Shown: positions 12,426-27,169, counted from the first letter of the whole stretch. The stretch: DNA of 63,372 bases, filler included, from Reclinomonas americana ATCC 50394 (GCA_048213135.1; 15 parts of 15 records of this genome joined end to end with filler, not necessarily neighbours in it); one strand, 5' to 3'. The notes: a model not told the origin generated them from the sequence alone. Program-made: numbers and translations.

Positions 12426-15400
12426 ATACGCCGCACAGAATTATAGCGATTTTACAGCCGCACACGCAACTGCCAGGAAGGGAGCCAGCTGACTGAAGAA
12501 GAGAGCCTTGTCGACGACTTGCTCGCAAATGACCACGTACAAATCGCTGCACATAGATGTCAGACAAACAAAAGAAACACACAATTGCACACCACGTCAC
12601 TCAACGTCGGTGCCACGGCCTCCTCTTCCTCCGTCAGCTTGCTGCGCGCTTGCTGGTAACGCTGCATGAGCCATTTTGGCAGCTTGCCGGCGACCAAACG
12701 CCAGCAACGCATGATTGCCTCGGATGGATGCGAATCAACGGCCGAGTAGCTGAACATGACGGCCTCGGAGAGTAGCTGATTGTGCTGCAGCACGGCGGCG
12801 AAGACGGCGCGGACGGCGGCGGAGACTGAGAAGGGAAAGAGTGGTCAACAGCAGAGTGAAGGAAGAGGGGGAGAGAGAGGGGAAGACAATGGATGAAGCG
12901 AAGGAAGCGAATAGAGCGACGAAGAATAAAGAGTTGCCATGAACTGGAGAGAAGATAGGAGACGACATGCAATGAACGAGAAGAGGTGGTGCGAGAACAA
13001 AGGTACCAATTAAGGGGTGCTGGAAGATGCAGACAACGGACGGAGGATGTTGGTGACGGTGCGAAGACGGAAGGAAGATTCAAGAGATGACAAGATGTTC
13101 AGAGATGCATCACAACGGGCGTGAGGAAGAGGGACATGCGAATGTCAAAAGATGAATGCCAGGAGAGTGATGTGAAAGTCATGTGTAATGCAAAGAAGAT
13201 GAGATGTGAATGATGAAAAAAAGATCGTGGAGAGTCTCTGGAACGATTAGAGAAGAAAACAGAGAGATTGTTGTCTTGAGCCCAACAAAACACACGCTGA
13301 GAATAAGCAAAAACCGAACAGAGCGAACAAGCAAGCGAGATAGACAGACAGACACGACGCGCACACACTCACACACGCACAACACACGCACACACACACA
13401 CACACAGAAAAACAGAACGAAAGGGAGACACAGAAAGACACATATATATACACACATACACACATACACATGCACACGCAGACAGACAGACACACAAACA
13501 GAAAAACAGAACGAAAGGGAGACACAGAAAGACACATAAATATATACACACACATGCACACATACACACGCACACGCAGACAGACAGACACACAAACAGA
13601 AAAACAGAGAAAGACACAGAAAGACACATAAATATACACATACACACACACACACAAACAGACACATACACACACACAGAGAGCGCACGCGAGAGAGTTC
13701 AACATGCACGAAAACACATGAGCAGTAACTGAATCTGTCAACGCATTATTTCCCTTCTCCTTCCCTAACTCCCCTTCTCCTCCTCCTTCTGCACCCCTTC
13801 CCCTTCTCCTTTCACCCCCGCCAACGCAACTGGGTTCCGCCGACTTCTTCTGCGGACCAAGCAGCGCCAACTTGTAGTGCGCGGTGACGCGATCGACGAG
13901 AACCGCACCCTGACCGCGGCTATGCAGCAGATCGAGAATGAACGCCTCGCTTTCGGGATCTGCCAATCGCACATACAGCAAGTCAGCCACAATAGACAAC
14001 AACATCCCTTGCCATCAAGCGCATTTGCGTACCGCGCGACGACGCCGGCTGCTGCACCAGCAGCGACGACGGCAGCCAGTTCAGGTCGACCAACTCGGTG
14101 CCGTCAAACGGCAGGCCCTGCGAGAGGATCTCCGACAGCAGCCAGTCGTTGCAGGAGGTCTCCTCGGCCGACACCAGATTGGCGGTGATCAGACGTCCGG
14201 CGCACTGACCGGCCAGCATGGCCGCCGACTTCATGAGGTTGACCGTCCACTCCTTGGAGACCACTTGGTCCAGGTTGACAGCGCGTGCCGTGGCCCTGCA
14301 CGGGGAAAATGGAGTGAGGGGAAGGGACAAAGAGACAAGGAGAGAGACTAAATCGCAACTTGAGGCCCCAGAATTCACGCGAGTCACGGTTCGCCGGTGC
14401 CTCCAGCGTCAGTGAAAAGTTCGAGCCGTTGACTTGAATCTGCAGCAAGCCGGTGGGCGGAAGTGAGTCGCGCGTGTATGACGCGTAAAGAGTGCGGCTC
14501 ATGCCCTCGTCGGTGTAAATCTTGAGGGTGGTGCTGCGGCGATAATTCACAAAGCTCAGATGCCGAAGAATTGCATCACAAAAAAAGCAGACAATCACAC
14601 ATACCCAGTCGGCAGCATAGGAACCGAATCAAACATGATTGACACGGCCGTGGCGTGCGGAATCGAGCGACGCAGCGTGACTGAACAGCCGCTGGGAATG
14701 GTGAGCGGGTGCTCCGTCTCCAGCGTCACACTCTCCGTCTCGTAGTCGCCGCGCATCAACGATTGCGCCTCCTGCACCGGTGGCAGCAGGTGGCCGTACA
14801 CATCCAGTTGCGTGCACAGACGCGAGACGGCATCGTGGAGCGGGCCGCACAGCTCGAGCGACACGTACGATTGCGACAGGAATGAGAGCAGCGGGGGGAG
14901 CAGCAGGCCGACCTGCATGAGGGGAGAGGGTGAGGGAGAGGGGGGGAGAGGGGGCAGGGAGAAGGGGAAGGGAAAGGAGAAAGGGTGAAGTGAGTGAGAA
15001 AGAATTTCAAGGACCGGGGATACGAGAGAGAGAGAGAGAGAGAGAGTCAGAAACAGAGACAGAGAGGGACAGAGAAAGTGAGCAGACAAATTGGCCAGCG
15101 GGAGACAAACTAATTGCAAAGTTGGCCGCTTGTTGCCCCTCATCTATCCCTTCCCCCCCTTCCACTTCCCTCTCCAATCCCCTCCCTCCTCTATCCATTC
15201 CCTCCTCTATCCCTCACCGTGGACGTCTGCAGGGTCTCGCCCACATGCGTAAAGGTGGCCTGACCGCTGCGCACAGTCGAGATGCCCGTCTCCAACAGAT
15301 CGCACATAATGTGGCACAACTGGCTCGTGTAGCACACGAGGCCGTGGTAGGCCGCGCCCGGGAACAGCCGCTTCGAGGAGCTCTTGCCGGCGCCCGGCTT

Positions 15401-18400
15401 GGCCTTGGCGTCCTGACGGAGATTGTCAAAGTGCTGGAAGGCCACACTGAGGATGCACTTGTGCACGCTGTGCAGCAGGCGGCGCACGCCGTCAATCAGG
15501 ATGACGTAGGCGTCGACCTGCGAGTGCGTGCGCTTCGAGGAGATCGAGGCGGCATCGTCGCTGGCGGCCACCGAAAGGAGCAGGGAGAGCAGGCCTGCAA
15601 AGAGGGACAAGGGGAAGTGAGCAATGAGGGAAATGGGACATGCGAGATGAAATGAGAACCACGTTGTTGTGCGCAAAGACTGATGTGAGGACTGGTGAGA
15701 AATCAGGATTGAAGAGAGAGTGCGATGAAATAGCGATCATTGAGATGGGTGTGAAAGGAAGGAATACTGAAACCCCGAGATGAGAACGAGCAAGTAAGTG
15801 AGTAGCAGCGCGTTTGCGCGTTTGAAATAATTCAGAAAAGGTGAATGGTGCGTAAGCGTGTGTGTGTGTGTGTTTGTGTGTGCGTGTTTGTGTGTGTGTG
15901 CGTGCGTGTGTGCCTCGGTGCAGAAATTGAGAGACGTTGGAGGATTCCTTCCCTCCCCTTCTTGTGCATCCCCAGTCACACAAGGAGGGTCAAGCGACAG
16001 AGCAGGGGTCAGGAGTCAAGAAAGGAGAAGAGATGGAAGGAGGGGAGAAGAGACCATATTTCCCAAACAGTCCCTGTCGGCACACAAACCATCGGCGGGC
16101 ACTGGCTGCGAGTTGGAGAAGATGACACTCACAAACTTCATGCAGGCCGCCGGCTGTGCCAGCTTGCTCAGCACCTCCTTCAGCAGACTCGCNNNNNNNN
16201 NNNNNNNNNNNNNNNNNNNNNNNNNNNNNNNNNNNNTTAATTAATTAANNNNNNNNNNNNNNNNNNNNNNNNNNNNNNNNNNNNNNNNNNNNAATCTATC
16301 TTTCATACAGAGAGTAATTCACTCCTGACGCACACATGTATGAAGGAAGAAGTCCTCCTTCATGCGAACAGAGGAGTGCTTTCGAGACCTCAGTGAGTGA
16401 GTGTCCTTCCACGCCCCCTCTCTTGCCTTCCTCAAACGCATTCCCTACGCGTCTCCACCAATCACTCTCCAATACGCAATCTGCTGCTCTCTTCTGTTTC
16501 CCTATCTTCACCTCTTCCTCACCAATTCGCCACCCTTCCCTTCTCCCATCCATCCCCTTCTCCCACCCCTTCCCTTCCCCTTCCCATCCCCTTCCCATCC
16601 CCTTCTCCCACCCCCTTCCCTTCCCCTTGCCTTCCCCTTCCCCCCTACTCCACTCACCATCCACTTCTCCAAATACGCCAAGTTCGTGCGGAGCCAGCGC
16701 AACGCAACCAGCAGCAAAAAGATGCTGCCGCGCGGGTCCGCATGCCCGGCATTCGACGCCGACAAATACACCTCCGTCAGCTTCTCGATGATGGTGGCCA
16801 GTGCGTCAATGGTGGGACGATTCAGGTCCACCACACCCGGCACCGACAGTGTGGCGTTCGGGCGCAGCTCCGCGTGCGGCGTCTTGTGATCCAGCACCAG
16901 GCCGTCGATAATGCCGCCCACGTAGCCGAGCACCGATGTCAGTGACATGGAGGCGGTCACGTCCTCCGGCAGCTTGTACTCGGGCATGGCGAGAATGTCG
17001 GCGCCGCAGTCGGGGAAGGCCTTGACCTCGGTCTCGGCGTCGGTGAGAGCTGCCGGGCGGAAAGAGTGTGAGCAGACTATCACAGGCACAATGTGAACGC
17101 TGTGGATCACGCACAGGAACCGCGGCCGGGCTGGCTGAAGCCGAGGATTTGCACGTTCGGGCATGAGGAGCCCCACACGTAGTTGTTCACGCGGTCGAAA
17201 CACAGTGAGTCGACTGTGAGGAAAAAAAAAGGCAAGGTGGTGAGTGAAAACAGCCACGGTTGATGAATGGGATGCGGATTTTACGCAACGGCTAATCTCG
17301 GTAGCCAGCGTGTCTTGGCGCAAGAGCGTGCCAGTCTTCAGGCAGTACACCTGGAGTGTGTTGCGGACAACGTACTGGTTGGTCGCGGACTGCGGAAGAG
17401 AAACGGAGGTTAGTGAAAGGCTGCAACAAAGGAGAACCAGCGTAATCTCGTTCATGACGCAACCGGTGCCTCGCTGACCAGCACTCCGAGCGAGTCGGCA
17501 TTGGCGACATACTTGGCCGTCTTGATCGAGTCCTCGTCGAGCGGGCACGGCAGCACGCGCTCTGCGCACAACAAACAGGCGGGCGTGAATCACATGCAAT
17601 GAGAGATGGGTTGCAACGAGGAGAAGGAACCTTCTGTGAGCACAACCCGCGGGAACGGCGGCTGCAGCGAGTCGACCCTGCGCAGTGAAAAAGTGAGAAA
17701 GGACGAGAAAAGGAGAAGTCTCCTCCATCGCCACACACCAGTTGACATTGGTGAAGCGCATGTTGCCGGCGGAGCCGGAGCCGGCCACCGAGTTGTAGCC
17801 GACGGTGCCGGCGCCCTCGTCGAGGCGGAAGTAGGCCACCAGGTTGTTCTCGTTGCCATTCAGCGAGGTCTGGCGGAAGGCGCTGATCTCGTCGGCGGTG
17901 CGCGGGCCGCGCCACATGCGGATCTGCGAAGAGGCAAAGGGAGGGTGAGGGAAAGGGGAAGGGCGAGAGAGAGAGAGACAGAGAGANNNNNNNNNNNNNN
18001 NNNNNNNNNNNNNNNNNNNNNNNNNNNNNNTTAATTAATTAANNNNNNNNNNNNNNNNNNNNNNNNNNNNNNNNNNNNNNNNNNNNGAGGAGAGAGAGAG
18101 AGGAGAGAGAAGGCAACGGGTGGGTGAAGAGAGACAAGAAGAGAACAAAAGCGGAACAAGGAGAAGAGACAAAGAGATAGCGGCAGAGACTGACGGACAC
18201 AAGGGAAAACAAAGAGAGCAGGGAGAGCAGAGAGAGTAAGAGCTAGATACGAGACGAAGAGGCGTGAAAAGAAAGACCGAGACGAAGTGAGAACAGGGAA
18301 AGTAAAAAGTGAGAGACGGCGAGTAGGGGCTATGTCGCGACGTCGTGGTCTATGAGCACCAACGTCAGCGACGTGGACATCTTACACGCACGCGTGAGCA

Positions 18401-21400
18401 ATGGCGCACAGTTGTGGATCACACGGCAGCAGACGACGAAGTGGTTGCACATGAGAAACACATGAAATAAGAAATGATGCAGCAGAGAAAACGAGACACA
18501 AATAGGAGACAGAAACAGTTAAAAGTGTGACGGTGCAGAAACAAAGATACAGGGGAATTGACACAGAAAGCAGTGCAGGAAACACAAGCACGCGACGGAT
18601 GAAGGCAAGTACTTTTCATGAATGCAGGGAAGTGAAAGACTCAGAGAAAAAGAAGAGAGAGAGAGAGCGAGAAAGAATAATTCTCAACACTCCTTCCTCC
18701 TCCCTCAACTCTCAACACTCAACCCTCGACTCTCCACTCTCAACCCTCGATCCTCCACTCTCAACCCTCAGCCCTCAACCATCAACCCTCCACCCTCCAC
18801 CCTCCACCCTCAACCCTCCACCCTCGACCCTCTCGACCCTCAACCCTCCACCCTTCCCACGCACCTCCGCGATTCCCATGTTGGTGGCATACGATCCATT
18901 CTCGTGCGAGCCAAAGAACCACTTGTCGCTGATGTCCTGGAAGTTGCCGACCGCAGTGTAGTTTTGCATGATCTGTGTCGGCAGTCAAGGATGAGTGATG
19001 CGAATGGCGACCAAGCATGCCTCCTCTAAGGAACAGAAAAGAGGAAGAAAGAGAATGAAAAAAGGAGAAGGATAAGGGAACGGACCTGGGAAGGGAGAAC
19101 GAGAAAAGAAAAGGACCAGGGAGAAAAAACTCGGGAAGAACAGAGGGAGGGAGAAGAAAGGGAGAAGAAATTAAAGAAAATGGAGGCGATTGAACAGGAT
19201 GAAAGACAAAGGAGAAGGCGAAGGAGGAAAGAGAACAGACGATAGAGCAGGGGAAAGAGCAGAAGAAAGAAACAGGAGAAAAATGGGGAGAAGGAAGAGG
19301 AAGATGGCTAAGGGAGAGTGAGCAGAGGAGGAAGAAGCTGAAGGAAAAGGGAAAGAAAAGGGGGAAAAAGGGAGCATGGGAGAAGAAATGAAGAAAATGA
19401 AGAAGATGAAAGACAAAGGAGAGGTGAACGAGGAAAGACGTAAGGAAAGAATAGGGGGAAGATCAGCATGACAGAATAGGGAGACGGTGAGCGGGGAACA
19501 GGGGAGGGACACGGAGAAGGAACAAGGGAAAGAACAGGCGGAGGAACATGGGAAAGGTACAGAACGAAGGGACAGAGTGAACGAAAAGTGAGAAGAAAAA
19601 GAGGAACGAACAGGTAAAAAAAGAACAGAGGGAAGCAGAAAAGGGAAGAAACGGCGGGAAAAGGGACAGGGAGAAAGTGAACGAGGAAAGAACAGAGAAG
19701 AAAGAAGACATAAACAGGGGAAAGACCAAGCAGAAGGTGAAGGAAAGAACAGGCGACATTTCCCTTCCTTTTCCCCTCCACCCTTCCCCATTTTTATCCC
19801 CCTTTCCCTCCTTTCCNNNNNNNNNNNNNNNNNNNNNNNNNNNNNNNNNNNNNNNNNNNNTTAATTAATTAANNNNNNNNNNNNNNNNNNNNNNNNNNNN
19901 NNNNNNNNNNNNNNNNGGGGGGAGAGCAAAAGGGGGGAGAGCAAAGGGGGGAGAGCAAAGGGGGGAGAGGAAGAGGAGGAGAGCGAAGGGGAAGGGAAAA
20001 GGGGGAGAGCGAAGAGGGAGAGCAACGGGGTCACAAGAAGAGAAAAGGAGCGGACAGTGAGCGAAAGAAAGGAGCGGACAGTGAGCGAAAGAAAAAGAGT
20101 GAGACAGCAAAAAAGAGACAGCAATCACTCGAGAAAATGATGTAAAAGATTGAATGTGTCAGATGTGTACAACCTGACATTTCGCACAGAAAGACAGAGA
20201 CCAACAGACAAGAGTCACAGATATCAACTCACATTGAACATGGGAACATCCGCAAATCCTGCACCAATCGAAATATCCATTCAGTGCACCACCAAAGAGA
20301 TTACAGCACCACACAAACTCACCGTAGCCATCCACGTCATCCTCATCACCGTCCTCATCATATTCGTCTTCGACAACCTCGCCGGCCGAGTCGTACTCGA
20401 CGTCATCATCATCCTCGTCGTCGTCGTCGTCGTCGTCTTCGTCAAGATCGCCATCATCTACCTCGCTGTGGGTGCCCTCGTCGTCGGAGGTGAGCGAGGA
20501 GCTGTCGGTCTTCTTGGCCTTCTTCTCGGGGGCTCCCTCGCCCTTTTCCTCTTCGTCCTCCACAACCTGGAAAATTGGGAAAGGGATAGGGATGAGGGAA
20601 GTAGAATGGGAGATTGCAACTCTTTTCACAAACCTCGCCATCCTCCGCGTTCTTCTTCTTGATCATGCGCACGGCAAATTCGGAGCCGAAGAGGTGGTCG
20701 GTGTTGCAGGCGGTGGGGATCGAGCCGGAGCCGTCTTGCATGATGGAGCCGATTTCCTGCATGCCGTGCACACAAAGTGAGCACGACAAAAGAGGAAAGA
20801 CTTTCGTAAAATAGAGAGGAGCACCTGCAGCGTCTCGGGGTCGACGAGCAGGAACGAGGCGGGTGAGATGTTGGACGAGCGGTACAGCAGCTTGTCGACT
20901 GTGAGGAAAATGATGAGAATGCGGTGGTATATTGAAGGGGGCGAAGGGTGAGTGTTCGACGCACAGACAAAGAAGATGTGACCGCATTCGTTGGCACGGA
21001 AGTCCGGATTGTAGACCTTGACCGCGCCGGCAACGGTGCCCCACATGCCTGTGAAGGAGAAGGAAGGGGGATGAGGGGGAGAAGGGGGATGAGGGGATGA
21101 GGGGGAAGGGGATGAGGTGGAGAACATAGGGAAAGGGAAGGAGGGAGAAGGGATGGAGAAAAAAAGGGGGGGAACATGGGGAAGGTGTGAAAACGAGTGA
21201 GCAGAGAGATTGAGATTTGCGAGACAGAGAGAGGGAGTGCGAGAGAAGGAGAGATGGGGAGTGGCCAAGCACTTCAACGCAGCGACAGAGCGAGTGTGTG
21301 TGCATGTGTGTTTGGTAGAGCAAAAATGATATCGTAAAAGGGTAAGAACAGCAGAGCGAGAGGCAGAGAGAAAGAGCGACAATAGGGGAAGAAAAGAGGA

Positions 21401-21488
21401 AGGGAATGACCAAAAGCGACAAAGCAAGTGTCTTTGGGCAGATTCTAAATGGTGTCGTAAAAGCACTAATGTGTGTGTGTGTATGTGA

Positions 21489-21528
<40 letters not shown>

Positions 21529-21535
21529 GAGAGAG

Positions 21536-21569
<34 letters not shown>

Positions 21570-24189
21570 GTNNNNNNNNNNNNNNNNNNNNNNNNNNNNN
21601 NNNNNNNNNNNNNNNTTAATTAATTAANNNNNNNNNNNNNNNNNNNNNNNNNNNNNNNNNNNNNNNNNNNNGGGAGAAGACTCGGCGGGAAGACCCCAAC
21701 TCACCGCGCCCTTGACGTGCACCAGGTTGCGAAGGTATGCGGTCACCGAGAGTTGCGTGTCGGCCAGCGGCGATCCACTCGACAGGCGGTCGAGGATCAA
21801 GCACAGCGACTGCGCAAAGTAACGGGCCGACTGTGCGCAGGCAAGAAGGGGAAAGGAGGGGGGTGAAACAATTGAGGGTAAAGGAGGACGACAAAACAAG
21901 CGCATGGAACAAGTAAAGCGGGAAGGACAACGCGAGCAGAGACAGAAAGGAGGAAGAGCAAAGCGCAGTTTGCAACGCAAGCAGAGACAGAAAGGAGGAA
22001 GAGCAAAGCGCAGAGAGCAACGCAAGCAGAGCGCAGTGTGCAACAAGAGCAGAGCGCAGTGTGCAACGCATGCAGAGCGCAGTGTGCAACGCATGCAGAG
22101 CGCAGTGTGCAACGCAAGCACAGCGCAGAATGAAACACGAGCAGCGCAACGCAAGATGAAGTAAGAGTGCAACACGAGCAGAGCGCAGTGTGCAACACAA
22201 GCACACAATGCAGAGCGCAGCGCAAGCGGAGCGCAGAGTGCAACGCAAGAAAAACGCAGAGCGCAGCGCAAGCAGAGCGCAGTGGGCAACGCAAAACACG
22301 GTGTGCGACACAAGCAGAGTGCAGCACAAGCAAACAGAGCACAGGTCCACATACGAACCCCGCGAGCCACGCCGAGACCAAGGAGCATCTCGAGCGACAT
22401 GGTGGAGTACGCCTGCGTGGGGTCGCGCTGGGCGAGGCCGACCAGGAACGTGGAGGAGTGGTCCAGAGCACGCAGCGACACATCCATGGCGGAAGCTGCG
22501 GAGACAGGCGGTGTGAGAGAAAGCAGGAGGGTGGCAAAGGGAGCCATCGCTGCAAAAGGAGAAAGACGCCCTGCAGAACGCAAGAAGAAGTCTCTTCCCC
22601 CATCCATCCATCCATTCCACGCAACTGTCCGTGGTCGTGCCACCCAGCTTGCTGCCCGGAGCCACCGGCAACAGCGAGAGCGGACGCAGCACGTCGATCT
22701 GCGCGCGCAAGAACTGCAGCGTGGCAGCACAGTGCTCGGGATCGACGCGCGCCTCACGCTCGACCATGGAGAAGAGCATACCGGAGAAGGCGAGGATGCC
22801 CATCTCGAACAGCGGCGGCGTCTTTTGCTCCGGTGGGCGGCGATTCCTGCTCTTGGATTGCGCGGCGGCGGCGACCTTTTGCAGGGCGGCGTGCACCTTC
22901 AACAGGACCCACACGCGGCGGGAGGTAAGCTCGGCGTGGCTGCGCGTGCCATTGCTCAGCTGGGCGGCGAAGATGCTGCGCGAGAGTTGCTCGATCGTCT
23001 GGAAAATAAGGGGAAGGGCAATGAGGGGAAGGGTGAGCCAAAGGGGAAGAAAAGGGAGGGTCAAGGGGAAGGGCGGGGAAGGGAGGGAAAGTGAGGGAAA
23101 GAGAAGGGAGGGGGGAGAGTGAAAGGGTGAGAGTGAAGGGGGAGAGTGAAAAGGGGAAAGTGGCAAGAGATGAGTGAAGGAGAAGAGTGAAAGGAAGAGG
23201 TGAAAGGGGGAGAGTGAAAGGGGAGAGTGAAAGGGGAGAGTGAAAGGGGAGAGTGAAAGGGGAGAGTGAAAGGGGGAGGGTGAAAGGGAGAGAGTGAAGG
23301 GGGAGAGTGAAGGGGGAGAGTGAAGGGGGAGAGCGAAAGGAGGAGAGTAGACGGGGGAGGGTGAAAGGGGGGAGAGAAAGGAGGAGAGTGAAGGGGAAGT
23401 GAAAGGGGGGAGTGAACGAGGCAGAATGACAAGGGGAGAAAGTGCCAAGTGGAGACAGAGAGAGAGAGAGAGAGAACCACATTGCCCCGCATGTCCCAAT
23501 TTTCGCAAGGAAACAAACAGGTAAAACACGGCATCAGCCATCCCATCTCCTTCTCACCACAACCCACTCACCGCAGTATTGCTGCCGGAAGCACCATCGA
23601 GCAACAGCGCCGATACCACAGCGCGGCCTTGGCTCTCGGTTGCGGCACGACTGATAATGGCCGAGGCCAGCTCACCCGGGTTTCCCGTGCCCGAGTCGGC
23701 CGCCGGGGCCGCCGCTGTCGACGGCCCGTCCGACTTGCCCGAGGTGGCGCGCACTGGGGTAAGTGCGACGAGTTCGGCGGCCGGTGGCAGCAGCACCTGT
23801 TCGGGGCGGTCGGAGCTGAAGCGGTTGGTGAAGCGGTCATCGAAGAGTTGCTTCAGGTCGATGTTGGTGAGTTGGGTGATGTCTGTGGGAAGGAAAAGAG
23901 GAAGGGAAGGGTGAGGGATTGGAGAAGGAGGAAGAAAATGATGAAAAACAGAAAGGAACGGAGAGAGGAAAAGAGGAAGAGGAGGCAAGGGAAGACAGTA
24001 CAAAGTTTGCGAAGAAAGGAGAAAGAAGGAAGGAGAGACATCCTGAGGGAGAACGACAAGGAAAAAGGGAGAAGCGGAATAGAGGGGAGAGAGAAAGGGA
24101 AAGAGGAAAACAGGGGGAAGTGCGACAGAAAGGAGAACGTGAACGAAGATATTGTGAGAAGAGAGGAGAAAAACAAAGAGAAGGAAACT

Positions 24190-24262
<73 letters not shown>

Positions 24263-25642
24263 TAGTGCGAGAGAGAGAGAGAGAGCGAGAGAGAAGAAGA
24301 GACGAAGAGGAAGAGAGAGAGGAGGAGTAGTAATAAAGTACGACGACGTAGTAGTAAGTAAGAGACGGACGGAGGANNNNNNNNNNNNNNNNNNNNNNNN
24401 NNNNNNNNNNNNNNNNNNNNTTAATTAATTAANNNNNNNNNNNNNNNNNNNNNNNNNNNNNNNNNNNNNNNNNNNNGAGAGAGAGAGAGAGAGAGAATGA
24501 GAGAGAGGAAGCGAGAGAGACGGTGAGTTTGCGAGCGAGGAAGAGGAAGATAGGCCGTGGAGATAGAAAACAGCAAGCGGAAAGGAAGAGCAAGAGGGAG
24601 TCGATAAATAGACGCACTGAGAATTGAGCGAGACAGTGGGAGGGAGGAGCCAATAAAGGAGAAAATCAGGCCCAGAAATGCACCACTCGGCACCTCAACA
24701 CCCCCCAGGGCACACAAAATCGAACCGTCGACTCTCATGCTACACACGCACACAAGACAGACACAGGAGGAGAATGAAAGGGGGAGACAGAGACGCACAA
24801 AGCAGAGAGAACAACAACAAGAGAGAGAGGGAGGGGAAAAGAGTTGTGAGGAGAGAAATAGGAAAAATGACACGTGTGACGCCGGAAAAGGGTGCAAAAC
24901 GAAGGATGCTGAGTGCAAGTGAGTGGGACAGAGAGTGAGTAAGAGAGAGAGTGTGTGTGAGTGTGAGAGAGAGAGAGGCAAAGACAAAGGAAAGAGGGAT
25001 GCATTGAGTCGCGAAAAGGCACTTGCAATGTGACAGAGTGAGAATGAGTGAGAATGAGTGAGAGTGAGTGCGGGAAAGTGAGAGTGAGAGACAGAGGGGA
25101 AAAGAGAGAGAGTGTGAGAGAGAGGAGTCAGAGTGGGAAAGAGTGGAGACAAGTACAAATACAAAGATAGAAATTAAGAGATGAGTGTGAGAGAGAAGAG
25201 TGAGTGAGAGAGAGAGTGTGTGTGAGAGAGAGAGTGTGTGTGTGTAAGTGAGGGCAAAGAGAGAGAAGAGAGTGAGAGTGAAAGAGTGAAAGACAAGAAT
25301 GCACATTTTTTGACAAAACGCGCACTCATAAGAAGCAACAGAGAAGGAGTGTGAGTGTGTAAGAGAGTGAGAGAGAGTGAGTGAGAGAGAGTGTGTGTGT
25401 GCAATGAGTGAGAGACAAGAATGCATTTTCCCGCACATTGACAAAGAACGCACACACACACAACGACACACACACTCTCACACACACACACACACACAAA
25501 GAGACAGAGAGAGAGACAGAGAGAGACAAGCATGCAAACAGAGAGAGAGACTGACAAAGAAACTCTCTTACTTTTTCTCTTTCTCTTATTCTCTCACACA
25601 CCAACCTGCATCACTCAACACAGACGACGGAACCGCGCCCAT
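8833..25642 (-). CDS. Giant multi-exon protein, HECTD4-like E3 ubiquitin ligase N-terminal region with a LamG/ConA-like domain; C-terminus (any HECT domain) not in the window
   Basis: Exons splice in frame across several gaps. Motifs: LLGLGVARG, GMWGTVAGAV, KLLYRSSNISPASFLLVDPETLQ, LamG-like AEIRMWRGPRTADEI...LVAYFRLDEGAG, LCFDRVNNYVW, LETEHP...SIMFD, WTVNLMKSAAMLAGQCAGRLI...CNDWLLSEILSQGL, AVRAVFAAVLQH. The putative first exon MGAVPSSVLSDA (25606-25642) is phase-compatible with the exon starting about 23883. Confidence 0.6.
21940..22330. repeat. Intronic minisatellite, GCAGAGCGCAGTGTGCAAC-type units
   Basis: Many degenerate copies of about 20-24 bp lie between two exons of the giant gene. 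Confidence 0.85.
23105..23415. repeat. Intronic 13-14-bp minisatellite (GGGGAGAGTGAAA)n
   Basis: Tandem copies are directly visible. Confidence 0.85.
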
Positions 25643-26905
25643 TGTGTAAGGTTGCTCTTGGTGTCACAGACAGACAGAGAGAGAAACACAAAAAAAAACA
25701 CACAAAAAACGCGCACTATGAAAACACACACAAAAAAAGGCAAACAGAAAAACAGAAAGTGTTTCTGGTTTGCTTTGTTGTGTGGTTTGACTGTAATGAG
25801 GGAAAGTGAGTGATGAGGGGATGTGTGAGAGAGGAGGGAACAAGTGTGTAACTTGCGCGCAAAGAGTGGCAACCAAAAATATCCGTGCGTAAAATTTCTC
25901 CGCGAGCGCGTGTTCGAATTTTCACGTTCACCAATGGCATTGCTGCAACATGAGTTGTTTGTGTGGGTGGAGAAGGAAGAGCAAGGGAGATAGAGTATCT
26001 GGTAAGAATTTTGCTCGTTTTTGAATTCAACACAACATGAACTGTGGAAATTCGAATTTGCTTTGTTCGAATTATCGTTCATGCCTCTCTGTGGTGAGAT
26101 GCTTTGCGTGCATAACTAGACCAGAGAGGGAAGGGAGAATAGCGCATGTGACGAGAGTGCGGCAGATTTTTGAATTCAGCATCAGGTGCATTGTGACTTT
26201 GATTTCTTCTCTTTCTCTTATTCTCTCTCACACCAACCTGCATCACTCAGCATAGACGACGGAACCGCGCCCATTGTGTAAGGTTACTCTAGGTGTCACA
26301 GACAGAGAGAAACACAAAAAAAACACACAAAAAAACGCGCATTATGAAAACACACACAAAAAAAGGCAAACAGAGAAACAGAAAAGTTTTTTTTGTTTGT
26401 TGTGTGGTTTGACTGGAATGAGGGAAAGTGAGTGAGCGAGTGAGTAATGAGAGAGGAGGGAACAAGTGTGTAACTTGCACGCAAAGAGTGGCAACCAAAA
26501 ATATCCGTGCGTAAAATTTCTCCGCGAGCGCGTGTTCGAATTTTCACTTTCGTTCACGCCACCGGTGCGAGGTGCTTTGTGTGTGTAAGTGGAGAAGAAT
26601 GAGCAGATGAAATAGTGTGTTGTGAGACTTCGGGCTCGTTATTGAATTCAACACAACATGAACTGTGGGAATTCGAATTTGAAATGTTCGAACTTTCGTT
26701 CACGCCTCTCTGTGATGAGATGCTTTGTGTGCATAACTAGACCAGAGAGGGCAGGGAGAGTATAGTATGTGACGAGAGCCTGGCCCATTTTTGAATTCAG
26801 CTTCAGGTGCATTGTGACTTTGATCTTTTTCTCCTTCTTTTTTCTCACACCAACCTGCATCACTCAGCACAGACGACGGAACCGCGCCCTACGTGTGTGT
26901 AAGGT
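25575..26905. repeat. Tandem duplication, about 620-630-bp unit, two full copies plus a partial third, containing the putative first exon and upstream region of the giant gene
   Basis: The motif CCAACCTGCATCACTCA..GACGACGGAACCGCGCCC recurs at 25601, 26233 and 26850. Long shared blocks are present, e.g. GTGGCAACCAAAAATATCCGTGCGTAAAATTTCTCCGCGAGCGCGTGTTCGAATTTTCAC. Confidence 0.9.
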
Positions 26906-27169
26906 AACCCTTGCTGTCGCAAAGGGGAAGAGAAAAAAACAAGGAATAACGGAACGACAACAATTCAACTACAACAATTCGTTCACCAACAAACTAGCCA
27001 CAACGACCTGAGTTGAAGTCACCTCGCAGCGTCCACCCTTGTCCTCCATCAAATCGCCTTGTCCCTTGTCAGTTCTCCTCATTTCTTTGATCACTACATC
27101 CCAATATCGATCGCGACGTGAAAATTTGTAGTGCTCGCGCGAACACACACACTCGCATCAGAGAACAGG

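Noticed and set aside
21616..23541. 641-aa ORF and many other long S/L/F- or R/E-rich ORFs in the track
   Set aside because: These are read-through of low-complexity introns lacking stops; only the embedded exons are coding.
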